Notes under the pieces: model-generated
What the model was told of the DNA's origin: nothing
The model's input: only the letters and a program-made list of their open reading frames with translations
Database searches by the model: none
Shown: in pieces, positions 46,114-55,486 of the stretch
How the letters are laid out: each line of letters starts with the position of its first letter
Numbering within the stretch: the stretch's first letter is position 1
Assembly: GCA_963817255.1 (NCBI GenBank)
Contig: CAWFNT010000003.1
Span: 66,126-130,125 of the forward strand
Source: an uncultured Actinomycetes bacterium
Lineage (GTDB): Bacteria > Actinomycetota > Coriobacteriia > Anaerosomatales > CAVRZR01
Length of the DNA stretch: 64,000 nt
Direction: 5' to 3'
Made by a program: the position numbers and the translations under genes

Positions 46114-46412
46114 GACTAGTAGCTCCCCGTCGCCAAAGTCACCATATTCCGGCTGCGGATCGTCGCTCCCTGGAACACCAGTCTGCCGAGACAGTCCTGC
46201 GTTGTCAATTGAACCCGGCCGCAGGTCAGGCCCAACGTTGATCGCCTCGCACAAGCACGGCCGGGAATCCTGGTGGCGACGTGTTCCCGGATGCAACTAG
46301 GAACGTCGGTGGGCCGCCATGAGGACGGTCAAGGACCAGTCCCCCGCGATGCGAAGACCATCTGACAAGTCCGCCCAGGGGGACAGGCAACGGCAGAGTC
46401 CTCGAGATGAGG

Positions 46413-46450
46413 GAGAGGCCGCGTCTCGGCTTCCCGAAACACGGCCTCTC
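46413..46450 (-). terminator. Hairpin immediately downstream of tRNA-Pro (gagaggccg ... cggcctctc)
   Basis: 9-bp GC stem with a structured 20-nt loop, starting 15 nt after the tRNA CCA end. Confidence 0.45.
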
Positions 46451-46464
46451 ACCTGCAAGAATTC

Positions 46465-46541
<77 letters not shown>

Positions 46542-46588
46542 TTCACGTGCCCGGGTGGCCTCTGACCCTGCCCGAGCGGCAACGCAAC

Positions 46589-46617
46589 ATACTACGTTCC
46601 GCTCACCGCGCGTTCAA
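46589..46617 (-). promoter_or_regulatory. Putative tRNA-Pro promoter (-35 TTGAAC, 17 nt, -10 TAGTAT)
   Basis: Read on the minus strand, ~45 nt upstream of the mature tRNA 5' end. Confidence 0.5.
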
Positions 46618-46657
46618 GCCCACGCGCAGCTCGTCGCCGGCAGCGCTCAGCCCGCGG

Positions 46658-47008
46658 CTACTCCTCCCCCCTAACGACGCCGCCGCGGTAGAGCACCACG
46701 TTGACGTCCTCGACGGTGATGAGGCCGGCGTTCACCATCGCACTCCAGACCTCGGCAAGCGCGGTGATCTTCACAGGCTCGTCGATGACCGATACGACGA
46801 CCGGCAGGTCCACCGACATCCTCAGCGCGTGCTTAGCGTGCTCGCGGCTCGTCGCCCCGTAACCGGTCAGGCCGCGCAGCACGGTCGAACCGGCGCACCC
46901 CTGGATCCGCGCCTGGTCGACGAGCGCCTGGTAGAGCGGACGCTCGTCGTAGAGGTCGGCCTCGCCCACATATGCCGAGAGCTTCTTGGCTCGTCCTTCG
47001 AAGTCCAT
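46658..47008 (-). CDS. DUF190-type (PII-like) small protein
   Basis: Trimmed to the ATG at 47008, preceded by CAGGAGG. KLSAYVGEADLYDERPLYQALVDQAR..GCAGSTVLRGLTGYG is typical of DUF190. Confidence 0.7.
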   Translation of the reverse strand: MDFEGRAKKLSAYVGEADLYDERPLYQALVDQARIQGCAGSTVLRGLTGYGATSREHAKHALRMSVDLPVVVSVIDEPVKITALAEVWSAMVNAGLITVEDVNVVLYRGGVVRGEE

Positions 47009-47033
47009 ACGTGCCTCCTGGTCCAAACGCTCG

Positions 47034-48254
47034 CTAGTCCGCCCGCTGGCTGGCCGCGGCACGTGCCTGTTCCGCGATGCCGTCCCAGAGCGTTCGTGCG
47101 ATCGAGCGCTTGCTCTGCAACTCGAGCGCCTCTTCCCTACCCGGCCACACGAACGTGACGCGGTTGCTGTCAGAGCCGAAGCCGAGCCCCTCCGCCGATA
47201 CGTCGTTCGCCACCACGAGATCGAGGTTCTTGTCGGCAAGTTTCGCTCGAGCGTGTTCGAGTAGATCAGACGTTTCCGCGGCGAACCCAACGAGCATGCG
47301 ATCGCCCTTGCGGGCACCCAGCTCGGCGAGAATGTCAGGGCTTCGCGCCAGAGAGATCGTGTCCGGTGCACCGTCCTTCTTGATCTTGAAGCCCGCAGCT
47401 TCGGCCGGCCGAAAGTCTGAGACGGCAGCTGTCGCGACCACGACATCGCTCGCCTCGTAGGCGTCCCCGACCGCCGCCCGCATCTCGAGCGCGGTCGTCA
47501 CGCGCACGGTGCGCACGCCGAACGGATCCGGCAGCGTCGTCGGCCCGCTCACGAGCGTCACCGCCGCGCCCCGGCGCGCGGCTTCCTCGGCGACGGCGTA
47601 GCCTGTCTTGCCGCTGCTCGCGTTGGAGATGAAGCGCACGGAATCGATGGCCTCGCGAGTGGGACCCGCGGTCACCAACACAGTCACGCCCGCGAGCTCG
47701 CGTGAACGCCGCGCCTCGGCGAGAACCGCCTGAGCGATCGCATCGACCTCGGCCAGCCTGCCCTCGCCCACGTCACCGCAGGCAAGATCGCCCTCGACGG
47801 GTTCGACGATCACGGTTCCGCGGTCGCGAAGCGTCGCGATGTTGCGGGAGGTAGCCTCGGCACGCCACATATGCGTATTCATGGCCGGCGCGACCACGAT
47901 CGGCGCCTGGGTCGCGAGCGCGACGGTCGTGAGCAGGTCATCGGCTCGACCGCACGCGACTTTCGCGATGACGTTCGCAGTGGCGGGCGCGACGACGAGC
48001 ACGTCGGCCTCCTGAGCAAGCGAGACGTGGAAGACACGGGCCGAGGCAGGATCGTCCCAAAGCGAAACCGCGACCGGCTCGCCCGTGAGTGCGCTGAACG
48101 TCGCAGGACCCACGAAGTGCGTCGCGGCCTCGGTCATGACGACCTTCACCCGGCAACCCGCCCGCATGAGCGCGCGCGCGAGCTCGCATGCCTTGTAGGC
48201 TGCGATGCAGCCGGTGACGCCGAGGACGACCGTGGGTGTATCCGACGTGGTCAT
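47034..48254 (-). CDS. coaBC: Bifunctional phosphopantothenoylcysteine decarboxylase / phosphopantothenate-cysteine ligase
   Basis: Trimmed to MTTSDTPTVVLGVTGCIAAYKACELAR (flavoprotein domain). The C-terminal CoaB domain shows FISNASSGKTG. Confidence 0.9.
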   Translation of the reverse strand: MTTSDTPTVVLGVTGCIAAYKACELARALMRAGCRVKVVMTEAATHFVGPATFSALTGEPVAVSLWDDPASARVFHVSLAQEADVLVVAPATANVIAKVACGRADDLLTTVALATQAPIVVAPAMNTHMWRAEATSRNIATLRDRGTVIVEPVEGDLACGDVGEGRLAEVDAIAQAVLAEARRSRELAGVTVLVTAGPTREAIDSVRFISNASSGKTGYAVAEEAARRGAAVTLVSGPTTLPDPFGVRTVRVTTALEMRAAVGDAYEASDVVVATAAVSDFRPAEAAGFKIKKDGAPDTISLARSPDILAELGARKGDRMLVGFAAETSDLLEHARAKLADKNLDLVVANDVSAEGLGFGSDSNRVTFVWPGREEALELQSKRSIARTLWDGIAEQARAAASQRAD

Positions 48255-48390
48255 GGGTGCGATTATCGCACGCGTGGCCTGCCCCGCCGCTGCGCGAAGG
48301 TCCGATGCACCCGCCGCTCGCACTCGACAGGGGAATACGGGAAGAATCAGGTGGATACGCGGCCACCAAGTGAGGATCCGAGGGAGACAG

Positions 48391-50247
48391 ATGAGCGCAT
48401 CACAACGCACGACCTTTGGCGAGGTGCGCATGCGCATCGGCGGGCCCGCGGGCTTCGGCATCAAAGCGGCAGGCCAGTCCCTCGCACGCGTCTTCGCGCA
48501 CTCGGGATTCCACACCTTCGACCTCACCGAGTACCCATCGCTCATCAAGGGCGGGCACAACACGATCCACCTGCGCGTGAGCGAGAGCCCGATCAACAGC
48601 CACGTGCTGCCCACCGACATTCTCGTGTGTCTGGACCACGACACCGTCGCGCTCCATTCGCACGAGCTGACAGAGGGCGCGGCCGTCATCTTCGACCCCA
48701 ACGATCTCGACGTCGCCGAGACGCACCTCGACCCCGACCGCTACTGCCTCACGCCGGTGCCGCTCACGCAGGTGGTGCGCGACGCAGGCGGTCCCAAGAT
48801 CATGCGCAACGTCGCCGCGCTGGGCGCCGTGCTCGGCCACATGGGCTTCCCCCTCGCGCCGCTCGAGGAGTCGATCAAGGCACAGTTCGCTCACAAGGCG
48901 CCCGAGATCGCCGAGCAGAACATCACCGTCGCCCGTGCCGGCTACCAGTACGCGCAGGAGCACGCCTGCTCCTTCCCGCACCATCTCACCCCACCGTCGA
49001 AGCCCGACCACCACATGCTCGTCGACGGCAACGAGGCCATCGGCCTCGGCGCACTGGCTGCGGGCTTGGGTCTCTACTGCGCCTACCCCATGACACCCGC
49101 GTCGTCGCTGCTGAGCTTCATGGCTGCGCACGGCGACGCAGCCGAGGTGGTCGTGAAGCACACCGAGGACGAGATCGCCGCCATGAACATGGTCGTCGGC
49201 GGAGCGTTTGGCGGGACGCGCTCGATGTGCGCGACGTCCGGAGGCGGTTTCTCGCTCATGGTCGAGGCGCTCGGCCTTGCCGGGGTGAGCGAGTCGGCGG
49301 TGGTCGTGGGGGTGTTCACGCGCCCCGGGCCGGCTACCGGCCTTCCTACCTGGACCGAGCAGAGCGACCTACGCTTCGTCATGCATGCCGCGCAGGGCGA
49401 GTTCCCGAGGGTCGTCCTCGCCCCAGGTGACCATACCGAGGCCTTCGAACTCACGTGGCAGGCATTCAACCTTGCCGACGTCCTTCAGACCCCGGTGTTG
49501 ATCCTTGGCGATTCGTACCTCTCGGACAACAGACGCACCGTCGATCCGTTCGACCTCAAGGCTGTCACGGTCGAGCGCGGCAAGCTCGTCACCGAAGGCG
49601 ACATCGCCGACCACCCCGATGCGCTCGGCGAGGATGGTCAGTACGCAGGCCAGTACCTGCGCTACAAGCTCGCCGAGGACGGCGTCTCGGTCCGCGCGCT
49701 TCCGGGCGTCAAGGGCGCGACCCAGGTCGTCAACTCCTACGAACACGACGAGAAGGGCTACGGGGCTCAAGGCGAGATCGCGGCGGTGCGCGTCGGCCAG
49801 AACGAGAAGCGTCTGCGTAAGCTCGAGAAGGCACGCGAGCTCGTGCCCGCCCCCAGGCGCTACGGTCCCGACGACGCCGCCGTCTCCCTCGTCGTCTTCG
49901 GCACGACGAAACAGCCGGCGCTCGAGGCGATGACGTGGCTCGCCGCCGAGGGCATCGAAGCGAACATGCTCCAACTCGTCACGCTTTGGCCCTTCCCCGC
50001 CGAGCAAGTCGCTGCGTTCCTCGGCGCGGCGAGGCGCAGCCTCATCGTGGAGGGCAACGCAACCGGCCAGCTCGAGGGACTCGTCCGTCAGGAGTGCCTC
50101 CGTGGTGTCGACGACCGACTACACCGCTACGACGGCCGGCCGTTCTCGCCCGAACAGATCTATGCGCACGTGAAACGCTCGCTCGGGATGGACGTGGACT
50201 CACTGCCTTCCGGCGCGTCGCTCGAGGAGGTGGCAGCCAATGCCTGA
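48391..50247 (+). CDS. korA: 2-oxoacid:ferredoxin (acceptor) oxidoreductase, fused gamma/alpha subunit
   Basis: ATG at 48391 follows GAGGGAGA. The N-terminal gamma-like domain shows GGPAGFGIKAAG. The alpha domain shows GNEAIGLGALAAG...YPMTPAS. Confidence 0.85.
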   Translation: MSASQRTTFGEVRMRIGGPAGFGIKAAGQSLARVFAHSGFHTFDLTEYPSLIKGGHNTIHLRVSESPINSHVLPTDILVCLDHDTVALHSHELTEGAAVIFDPNDLDVAETHLDPDRYCLTPVPLTQVVRDAGGPKIMRNVAALGAVLGHMGFPLAPLEESIKAQFAHKAPEIAEQNITVARAGYQYAQEHACSFPHHLTPPSKPDHHMLVDGNEAIGLGALAAGLGLYCAYPMTPASSLLSFMAAHGDAAEVVVKHTEDEIAAMNMVVGGAFGGTRSMCATSGGGFSLMVEALGLAGVSESAVVVGVFTRPGPATGLPTWTEQSDLRFVMHAAQGEFPRVVLAPGDHTEAFELTWQAFNLADVLQTPVLILGDSYLSDNRRTVDPFDLKAVTVERGKLVTEGDIADHPDALGEDGQYAGQYLRYKLAEDGVSVRALPGVKGATQVVNSYEHDEKGYGAQGEIAAVRVGQNEKRLRKLEKARELVPAPRRYGPDDAAVSLVVFGTTKQPALEAMTWLAAEGIEANMLQLVTLWPFPAEQVAAFLGAARRSLIVEGNATGQLEGLVRQECLRGVDDRLHRYDGRPFSPEQIYAHVKRSLGMDVDSLPSGASLEEVAANA

Positions 50248-51127
50248 GGTCAAGGACTTCGTGACGTCGAACAAGCCCACGTGGTGTCCCGGCTGCGGCA
50301 ACTTCGGCATGTGGGAGGCGCTCAAGCGGGCACTCGCCGAGCTCGGGTGGCACAAGCACGAGTTCAGCGTCGTGTGGGGCATCGGATGCCACGGAAACGG
50401 CGCCGACTTCCTCGACGTGCAGGGGTTCCACGCGCTCCACGGGCGAGCGCTGCCCCCCGCCACGGGACTTGCGCTCACGCGACCCGACCTCAAGGTCGTC
50501 GTCGAGATGGGAGACGGAGACGGCTACGGCATCGGCCTCGGCCACTTCGTCCATTCGGTCCGTCGCAACGTCAACATCACCTGCATCGCGCACAACAACC
50601 AGATCTACGGACTCACGACCGGGCAGGCGTCGCCCACTACCGAGCACCTCATGAAGACGGTCTCGACGCCACAAGGCGTGTTGGAGGAGCCGGTCAACCC
50701 CATCGGGCTCGCTCTGGCCGAAGGAGCGACGTTCGTTGCACGAGGCTTTGCAGGCGACATTCCCCACCTGGCGTCGCTCTACGTCGAGGCGCTGCAACAC
50801 CGCGGATTCGCGCTCGTCGACGTGTTCCAGCCCTGCGTCACGTGGAACCACCTGAACACGTTCCAGTGGTTCCGCGACAGGGTCTACAAGCTCGAGGAGA
50901 GCGGCTGGGACGCCTCGGACAAGGTGAAAGCGTTCGAGCTCTCGCTCACGGCCTTCCACGAGATGACGTGCACGCCTGAGGAGTGTCGCGTGCCCATCGG
51001 CACCTACTATCGCGAGGAGGGCACGCCGGCCTACGAGGACGGAGTGTCGGCAGCCAAGGAGCCCGGTTGGAGGCGCGCGACAGGCCCCAGAGACATCTCA
51101 GCGATCGCAGCGTCGATGACCGGCTAA
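50240..51127 (+). CDS. korB: 2-oxoacid:ferredoxin oxidoreductase, beta (TPP-binding) subunit
   Basis: Motifs TWCPGCGNFG and GDGDGYGIG. It overlaps korA by 8 nt. Confidence 0.88.
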   Translation: MPEVKDFVTSNKPTWCPGCGNFGMWEALKRALAELGWHKHEFSVVWGIGCHGNGADFLDVQGFHALHGRALPPATGLALTRPDLKVVVEMGDGDGYGIGLGHFVHSVRRNVNITCIAHNNQIYGLTTGQASPTTEHLMKTVSTPQGVLEEPVNPIGLALAEGATFVARGFAGDIPHLASLYVEALQHRGFALVDVFQPCVTWNHLNTFQWFRDRVYKLEESGWDASDKVKAFELSLTAFHEMTCTPEECRVPIGTYYREEGTPAYEDGVSAAKEPGWRRATGPRDISAIAASMTG

Positions 51128-51131
51128 TGTC

Positions 51132-53303
51132 CTAGACGTCCGGGACTTCTGGCGGCGCGCTACGCATCGAGCTCCGCAACCGAAGCTCCACGAACGCGAG
51201 CGCCAGCCTGGGTTCGAACTGCGTCCCGGCGTTCGCCTCGATCTCGGCCAGCGCGCGCTCCGTGTCGAGTGCCTCGGGGGCCGAGATGCCCGAGGTCATG
51301 GCGTCGTACGCGTCGCACACGGCGAGGATCCTGGCCTCCAGTGGTATTTGCTCGCCGGCGAGGCCGTCGGGGTAGCCCGCGCCGTCCCAACGCTCGTGAT
51401 GGGCGCGCACCCACGGCAGGATGAATCCGAGCTCGGTCGAACGCAGGATCCGCTCCCCCATCTCCACGTGCTCGCGCAACCGCGCCTTGTCGTTCTCGTC
51501 CAGATCGCCGTGTTTCCAGAGAAGCTCGTCGGGCAATGCGAGCTTGCCGATGTCGTGAACCAGCCCTGCGGTCTCGATCGCCGACGCTTGTTCGGCGCTC
51601 GCTCCCAGCTCTGCCGCAAGTTCGCGAGCCAGCGAACCGACCCTCCGGGAGTGTTCTCGGGACGCCGGGTCGCGCGCGTCGACGGCGGCGGCGAGCGCCC
51701 GTACGGTGGCGCGATAGGCCTCCTTGCGTGCCAGGTCGAGTCGTTCCTCAGGCAGCTGCGGACGCACGACATCCGGTCCGTAGACCACGACAGAGCCGCG
51801 CCGTTGGATCTTCGCGGTCTGCAGGGCCGAGAAGGCTTCACGGATCATAGAGGCAGCGTCTCGAGACGACGTAGACGCCGTCACGCCCGCCGACACCGTG
51901 ATCGGCAGGTCGCCGACCAACACCCGATGCTCGACGTGCCTGGCGAGCTCGTCGGCGAACCGTGCGCCGGATTCCGAGGACTCCCCGGGCGCGATGACGA
52001 CGAATTCGTCGCTGCCTGCCCGGTAGAGATCGCATCGTTGACCACATTGCTCGCGGAGCACGCCCGCTACGCCGCGAAGAACGTCATCCCCCGACCGATG
52101 TCCGAACAACTCGTTCACGCGCGTCAAGTCGTCGATGTCCAGCGCGATGAGCGCGACATCGCCGCCCCACCGTGTGGCCTCGGCAATGCCCTTCTCGAGA
52201 TCCCGTTTGAGAACGCGCTCGTCCTTGAGCCCCGTCACCGAGTCCGTGGACGAGGCGATTCGGCCCCGTTGCAGCTCCAACGCTGAGAGCCAGCTGCGTG
52301 TCAGCAACAGGGCCGCGAGGATGATGTCGGCACCAAGGATCACCGCTGTCCGCGCCGACCCCGCGTAGTGGCGCGCGCGAGCCCCGAACAGCGCCATCGC
52401 GGACACGAGGACGAGGGGGTACACGATGTGCAGCCACATCGGAGGATTGTCGAGGCGCGGTCTCGATCCGAGGGCGTCCGAGTCCAGGTCGGCGGTGATC
52501 CTGTAGATCGATGCCAGGAAGAACAGGTACGGGCCGAGACCGAGGCCCAGTTCGGTGAGCGCCATCAGCGACGAGGGGCCGGCGTCCCTGAGCCCGAAGA
52601 TCCACATCGGCATGGCTGCGAGGCCAATGGCGCTCAACGTTAGCCCGGCCCCGGCGTACTTCTGCCAAGTCCTCCAGCGGGTGACTTTCGCTCCAAAGAC
52701 GACGCCGAACGTGCCGAGTACGATCACCAAGCCGAGCACCGGGTACGCGGCACCGACCGCCGCCGCCCCGATTCCGAAACCCCCTGCCAGCAGAACAGCC
52801 GGCGCAACGACGAACTCGAACACGACGATGTAGACCGCGACCGCACCGGCAGCTGCAGCCGCGAAGAAGCGGAACCGCGAGACGGCTGGCTCTGATCCGA
52901 AGTTGGCAGTGGACACGATCATCGCGAGCAGGGCCAGCACCGCGCCGACGTGCAGAAGCTCGAAGGCCGAGGGCACTGTTGGCCCGCGCGCATCGATGGC
53001 CAAGAGGTAGTACGAGTAGTAGAGCTCGGCCGCAAGCGACAGTCCGACGGCAGCCGCGAGCAGCGCCCAGAATCGACGTTCGTAGCCACGCGCACGTGTG
53101 AATGCCACCAGACATCCGCCACAGGCAAGGAAGAGGGGTGCGAGGTACAGGGCTTCGCCGAACACCGTCGGCCCGTCGGTTGGCGATCCGGTCAACTGAA
53201 GCCATACCCGGACGAGAACGAGCGCTGCCAGTCCTCCCAGGACGGAGCCTCGGACGATCCGAGTCCCCAACAGGGCGCGCGGCTCGCCCTTCACGACAAC
53301 CAC
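51132..53303 (-). CDS. Polytopic membrane sensor - GGDEF(variant GSDEF) - HD-GYP protein
   Basis: An N-terminal region of ~330 aa carries multiple TM helices. The GGDEF domain has RAGSDEF at the active-site position. The HD-GYP domain shows HDIGK and HHERWDGAGYPDG. Confidence 0.85.
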   Translation of the reverse strand: MVVVKGEPRALLGTRIVRGSVLGGLAALVLVRVWLQLTGSPTDGPTVFGEALYLAPLFLACGGCLVAFTRARGYERRFWALLAAAVGLSLAAELYYSYYLLAIDARGPTVPSAFELLHVGAVLALLAMIVSTANFGSEPAVSRFRFFAAAAAGAVAVYIVVFEFVVAPAVLLAGGFGIGAAAVGAAYPVLGLVIVLGTFGVVFGAKVTRWRTWQKYAGAGLTLSAIGLAAMPMWIFGLRDAGPSSLMALTELGLGLGPYLFFLASIYRITADLDSDALGSRPRLDNPPMWLHIVYPLVLVSAMALFGARARHYAGSARTAVILGADIILAALLLTRSWLSALELQRGRIASSTDSVTGLKDERVLKRDLEKGIAEATRWGGDVALIALDIDDLTRVNELFGHRSGDDVLRGVAGVLREQCGQRCDLYRAGSDEFVVIAPGESSESGARFADELARHVEHRVLVGDLPITVSAGVTASTSSRDAASMIREAFSALQTAKIQRRGSVVVYGPDVVRPQLPEERLDLARKEAYRATVRALAAAVDARDPASREHSRRVGSLARELAAELGASAEQASAIETAGLVHDIGKLALPDELLWKHGDLDENDKARLREHVEMGERILRSTELGFILPWVRAHHERWDGAGYPDGLAGEQIPLEARILAVCDAYDAMTSGISAPEALDTERALAEIEANAGTQFEPRLALAFVELRLRSSMRSAPPEVPDV

Positions 53304-55456
53304 GCCTCAGACCAGCCAAGGGCATGGTCGGTACTCACGATCTCTATGAGTATCTCCGCCATGTCCGGATCGAGGCGCCTGCCCATGCTTTGATCGAGTT
53401 CCTGGATGGCGGCCGGCCGGGAGAGCGGACCTCGCTCCGGAGTCCCGGACACCATTTGGTCGTACATGTCGCAGGCCGCGATGATTCGCGCCTCCATCGG
53501 GATAGCGGGCCCGGCGATTCCGTCGGGATATCCCGAGCCGTCCCACGACTCGTGATGCGCGCGCACCCACGGGGCCATGTAGGCGAGATCGGTCCCGGCC
53601 AGGATGCGAGCGCCCAACTCGGCGTGTTCCATCAGCACCGCACGCTCGGCTGGAGAAAGTCGGGACCGCTTGCGCAGAACGGAGTCAGGGACCGCCACCT
53701 TGCCGACGTCGTGAAGAAGGGCCGCCATTTGCACGTCTTGAGCCCTCTCAGTGCCAAGCCCCACGGCCTCCGCGAGAAGGAAGGCGAGCGCCGCAACCTG
53801 ACGCGAGTGATAAGCGGTCGCGCTGTCGCGAGCATCCGTGGCAGTCGCGAGAGCGCGCACGATGTCGCTTCGGGACTTCCGCGCTATCCCGCGGGCACGC
53901 TCATCCACGTCGAGCGCGCGCACGACCGTCTCGTTGTAAGCCTCGACACGGCGCTTGCCTTGGCACTTCGCCCAATAGAGCGCAGCATCGGCTGCTGCGA
54001 GCAACTCCTCGCTACTCATGGCATCGGTCGGCCATGAAGACACGCCCGCAGAGAGGTGGATCGGCTCCGGGGTGGACTCAATGCTCTCCGCGGCGGACAG
54101 GAGCCGCTGAACTCGGGCCGGCGCCTTTGTCTCACCGACACCATCGAGGATGACTGCGAACTCATCGCCTCCGAGGCGCGCGACGGAGTCGCCGTCGCCC
54201 GCCGCCTCTCGAAGCGCGTGCGCGATGGCCACCAAGGCCGCGTCCCCTTCGTCCCGGCCGTGCACGACGTTGAAACGCGCGAAATCGTCGACGTCGACGA
54301 CTGCAAGCGACATCTCGCTGGCGTACGTCTGGGCCCTCGCAATGCCGTCACGGAGATCCTCTTCGAACGTCACGCGGTTGAGGACCGCCGTCAGCGGGTC
54401 GGACGCAGCGCTCGCCCTGAGCCCCATCTTCTCGGCGTCCGCGAGCGCGGTTCTCAAGACGATCGCGAGTGTCGTGACGGCCAAGCCCAAGAAGTAGAAC
54501 ACACGATCGAACGAACCGGGTTCCGACCCGTAGAGAGCAAACGCGAGCAGAGGGACCGTCGCCAGCGCGAATGTCGTGATGGCGACTGACGTCGCGTTGG
54601 CCGCCGACTTCGGCTTCGGTTCGACCGCCCTCGCCCACGGCGTCGGATCCGTCGTCAGCCAGTAGATGCTCGCCATGAAGAGGACGAAGTACCCGGCCAT
54701 GTAGCCGAGGTTTATCAGGAGTTCGGATGCGTCGTCACCCGTCGATGCAGTTCCCACGTACCAAACGGGCCAGAGGAAGACGACCAGTGCGTATCCCGAT
54801 ACGGCGGCCATTCCGAGCACCTGCCACGTCACCCAGCGCACGCCGCGATGTCTCATGAGGCCCCAGGCACAACCCACCAGCAGCGCGCCGCCAACGGTTG
54901 AGTAGCACGCCCACACGAAGGCCTCGAGCGCCGAGTGGCCCGTTGCGGCCGCGAGTGGGCCTGTGAACCATCGATAGAGCACCGTGTTCGCGGCGACGAG
55001 GAACGTCACCGCACCGCAGACCAGCTGAAGCACACCGCTGGGTGTCGCGAAACGGAGCCGCGACATGAAGACCAGGAGTGCGAAGAACGACAGTGCCGCA
55101 ACGAGGTTCAGAGCGTCGAACACAGAGGGGGTAGACGGCCCGGCGGGGCTCACCAGGAGCTGATAGGCCGCGTAGTAGGCCTCGCTCACAAACAGACACG
55201 CCGCAGCGAGCGCGAACCCGCCCCACATGACCCTGGCTCGGGTTCCTCGATCAGACGCGCTCCACGCGGCGAGCGACCCGAGCACCGGAAGCATCGTCGG
55301 CACCATGAACGCGAGCACTTGTACGGCGACGGACGCCTGTGAATCGGCTGCCCAGGCCCAGACGTAGACCAGCGAGCTGATCGGCAGGATCGCCCATGCG
55401 ATGAGTCGCGCACGATGCTCGTGACCACGGAGTCGCTGTCTCAGGTTCAGAGCCAT
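53291..55456 (-). CDS. Polytopic membrane sensor - GGDEF - HD-GYP protein (paralog)
   Basis: Same architecture with canonical RLGGDEF, and HD-GYP motifs HDVGK and HHESWDGSGYPDG. It overlaps the downstream paralog by 13 nt. Confidence 0.85.
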   Translation of the reverse strand: MALNLRQRLRGHEHRARLIAWAILPISSLVYVWAWAADSQASVAVQVLAFMVPTMLPVLGSLAAWSASDRGTRARVMWGGFALAAACLFVSEAYYAAYQLLVSPAGPSTPSVFDALNLVAALSFFALLVFMSRLRFATPSGVLQLVCGAVTFLVAANTVLYRWFTGPLAAATGHSALEAFVWACYSTVGGALLVGCAWGLMRHRGVRWVTWQVLGMAAVSGYALVVFLWPVWYVGTASTGDDASELLINLGYMAGYFVLFMASIYWLTTDPTPWARAVEPKPKSAANATSVAITTFALATVPLLAFALYGSEPGSFDRVFYFLGLAVTTLAIVLRTALADAEKMGLRASAASDPLTAVLNRVTFEEDLRDGIARAQTYASEMSLAVVDVDDFARFNVVHGRDEGDAALVAIAHALREAAGDGDSVARLGGDEFAVILDGVGETKAPARVQRLLSAAESIESTPEPIHLSAGVSSWPTDAMSSEELLAAADAALYWAKCQGKRRVEAYNETVVRALDVDERARGIARKSRSDIVRALATATDARDSATAYHSRQVAALAFLLAEAVGLGTERAQDVQMAALLHDVGKVAVPDSVLRKRSRLSPAERAVLMEHAELGARILAGTDLAYMAPWVRAHHESWDGSGYPDGIAGPAIPMEARIIAACDMYDQMVSGTPERGPLSRPAAIQELDQSMGRRLDPDMAEILIEIVSTDHALGWSEAWLS

Positions 55457-55486
55457 ACGTCTCCGGTTCGTTCCGTCGTGCGGCTG

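Larger units (their letters stand above)
43541..46145. repeat. Tandem duplication, unit B
   Basis: See unit A. Confidence 0.9.
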
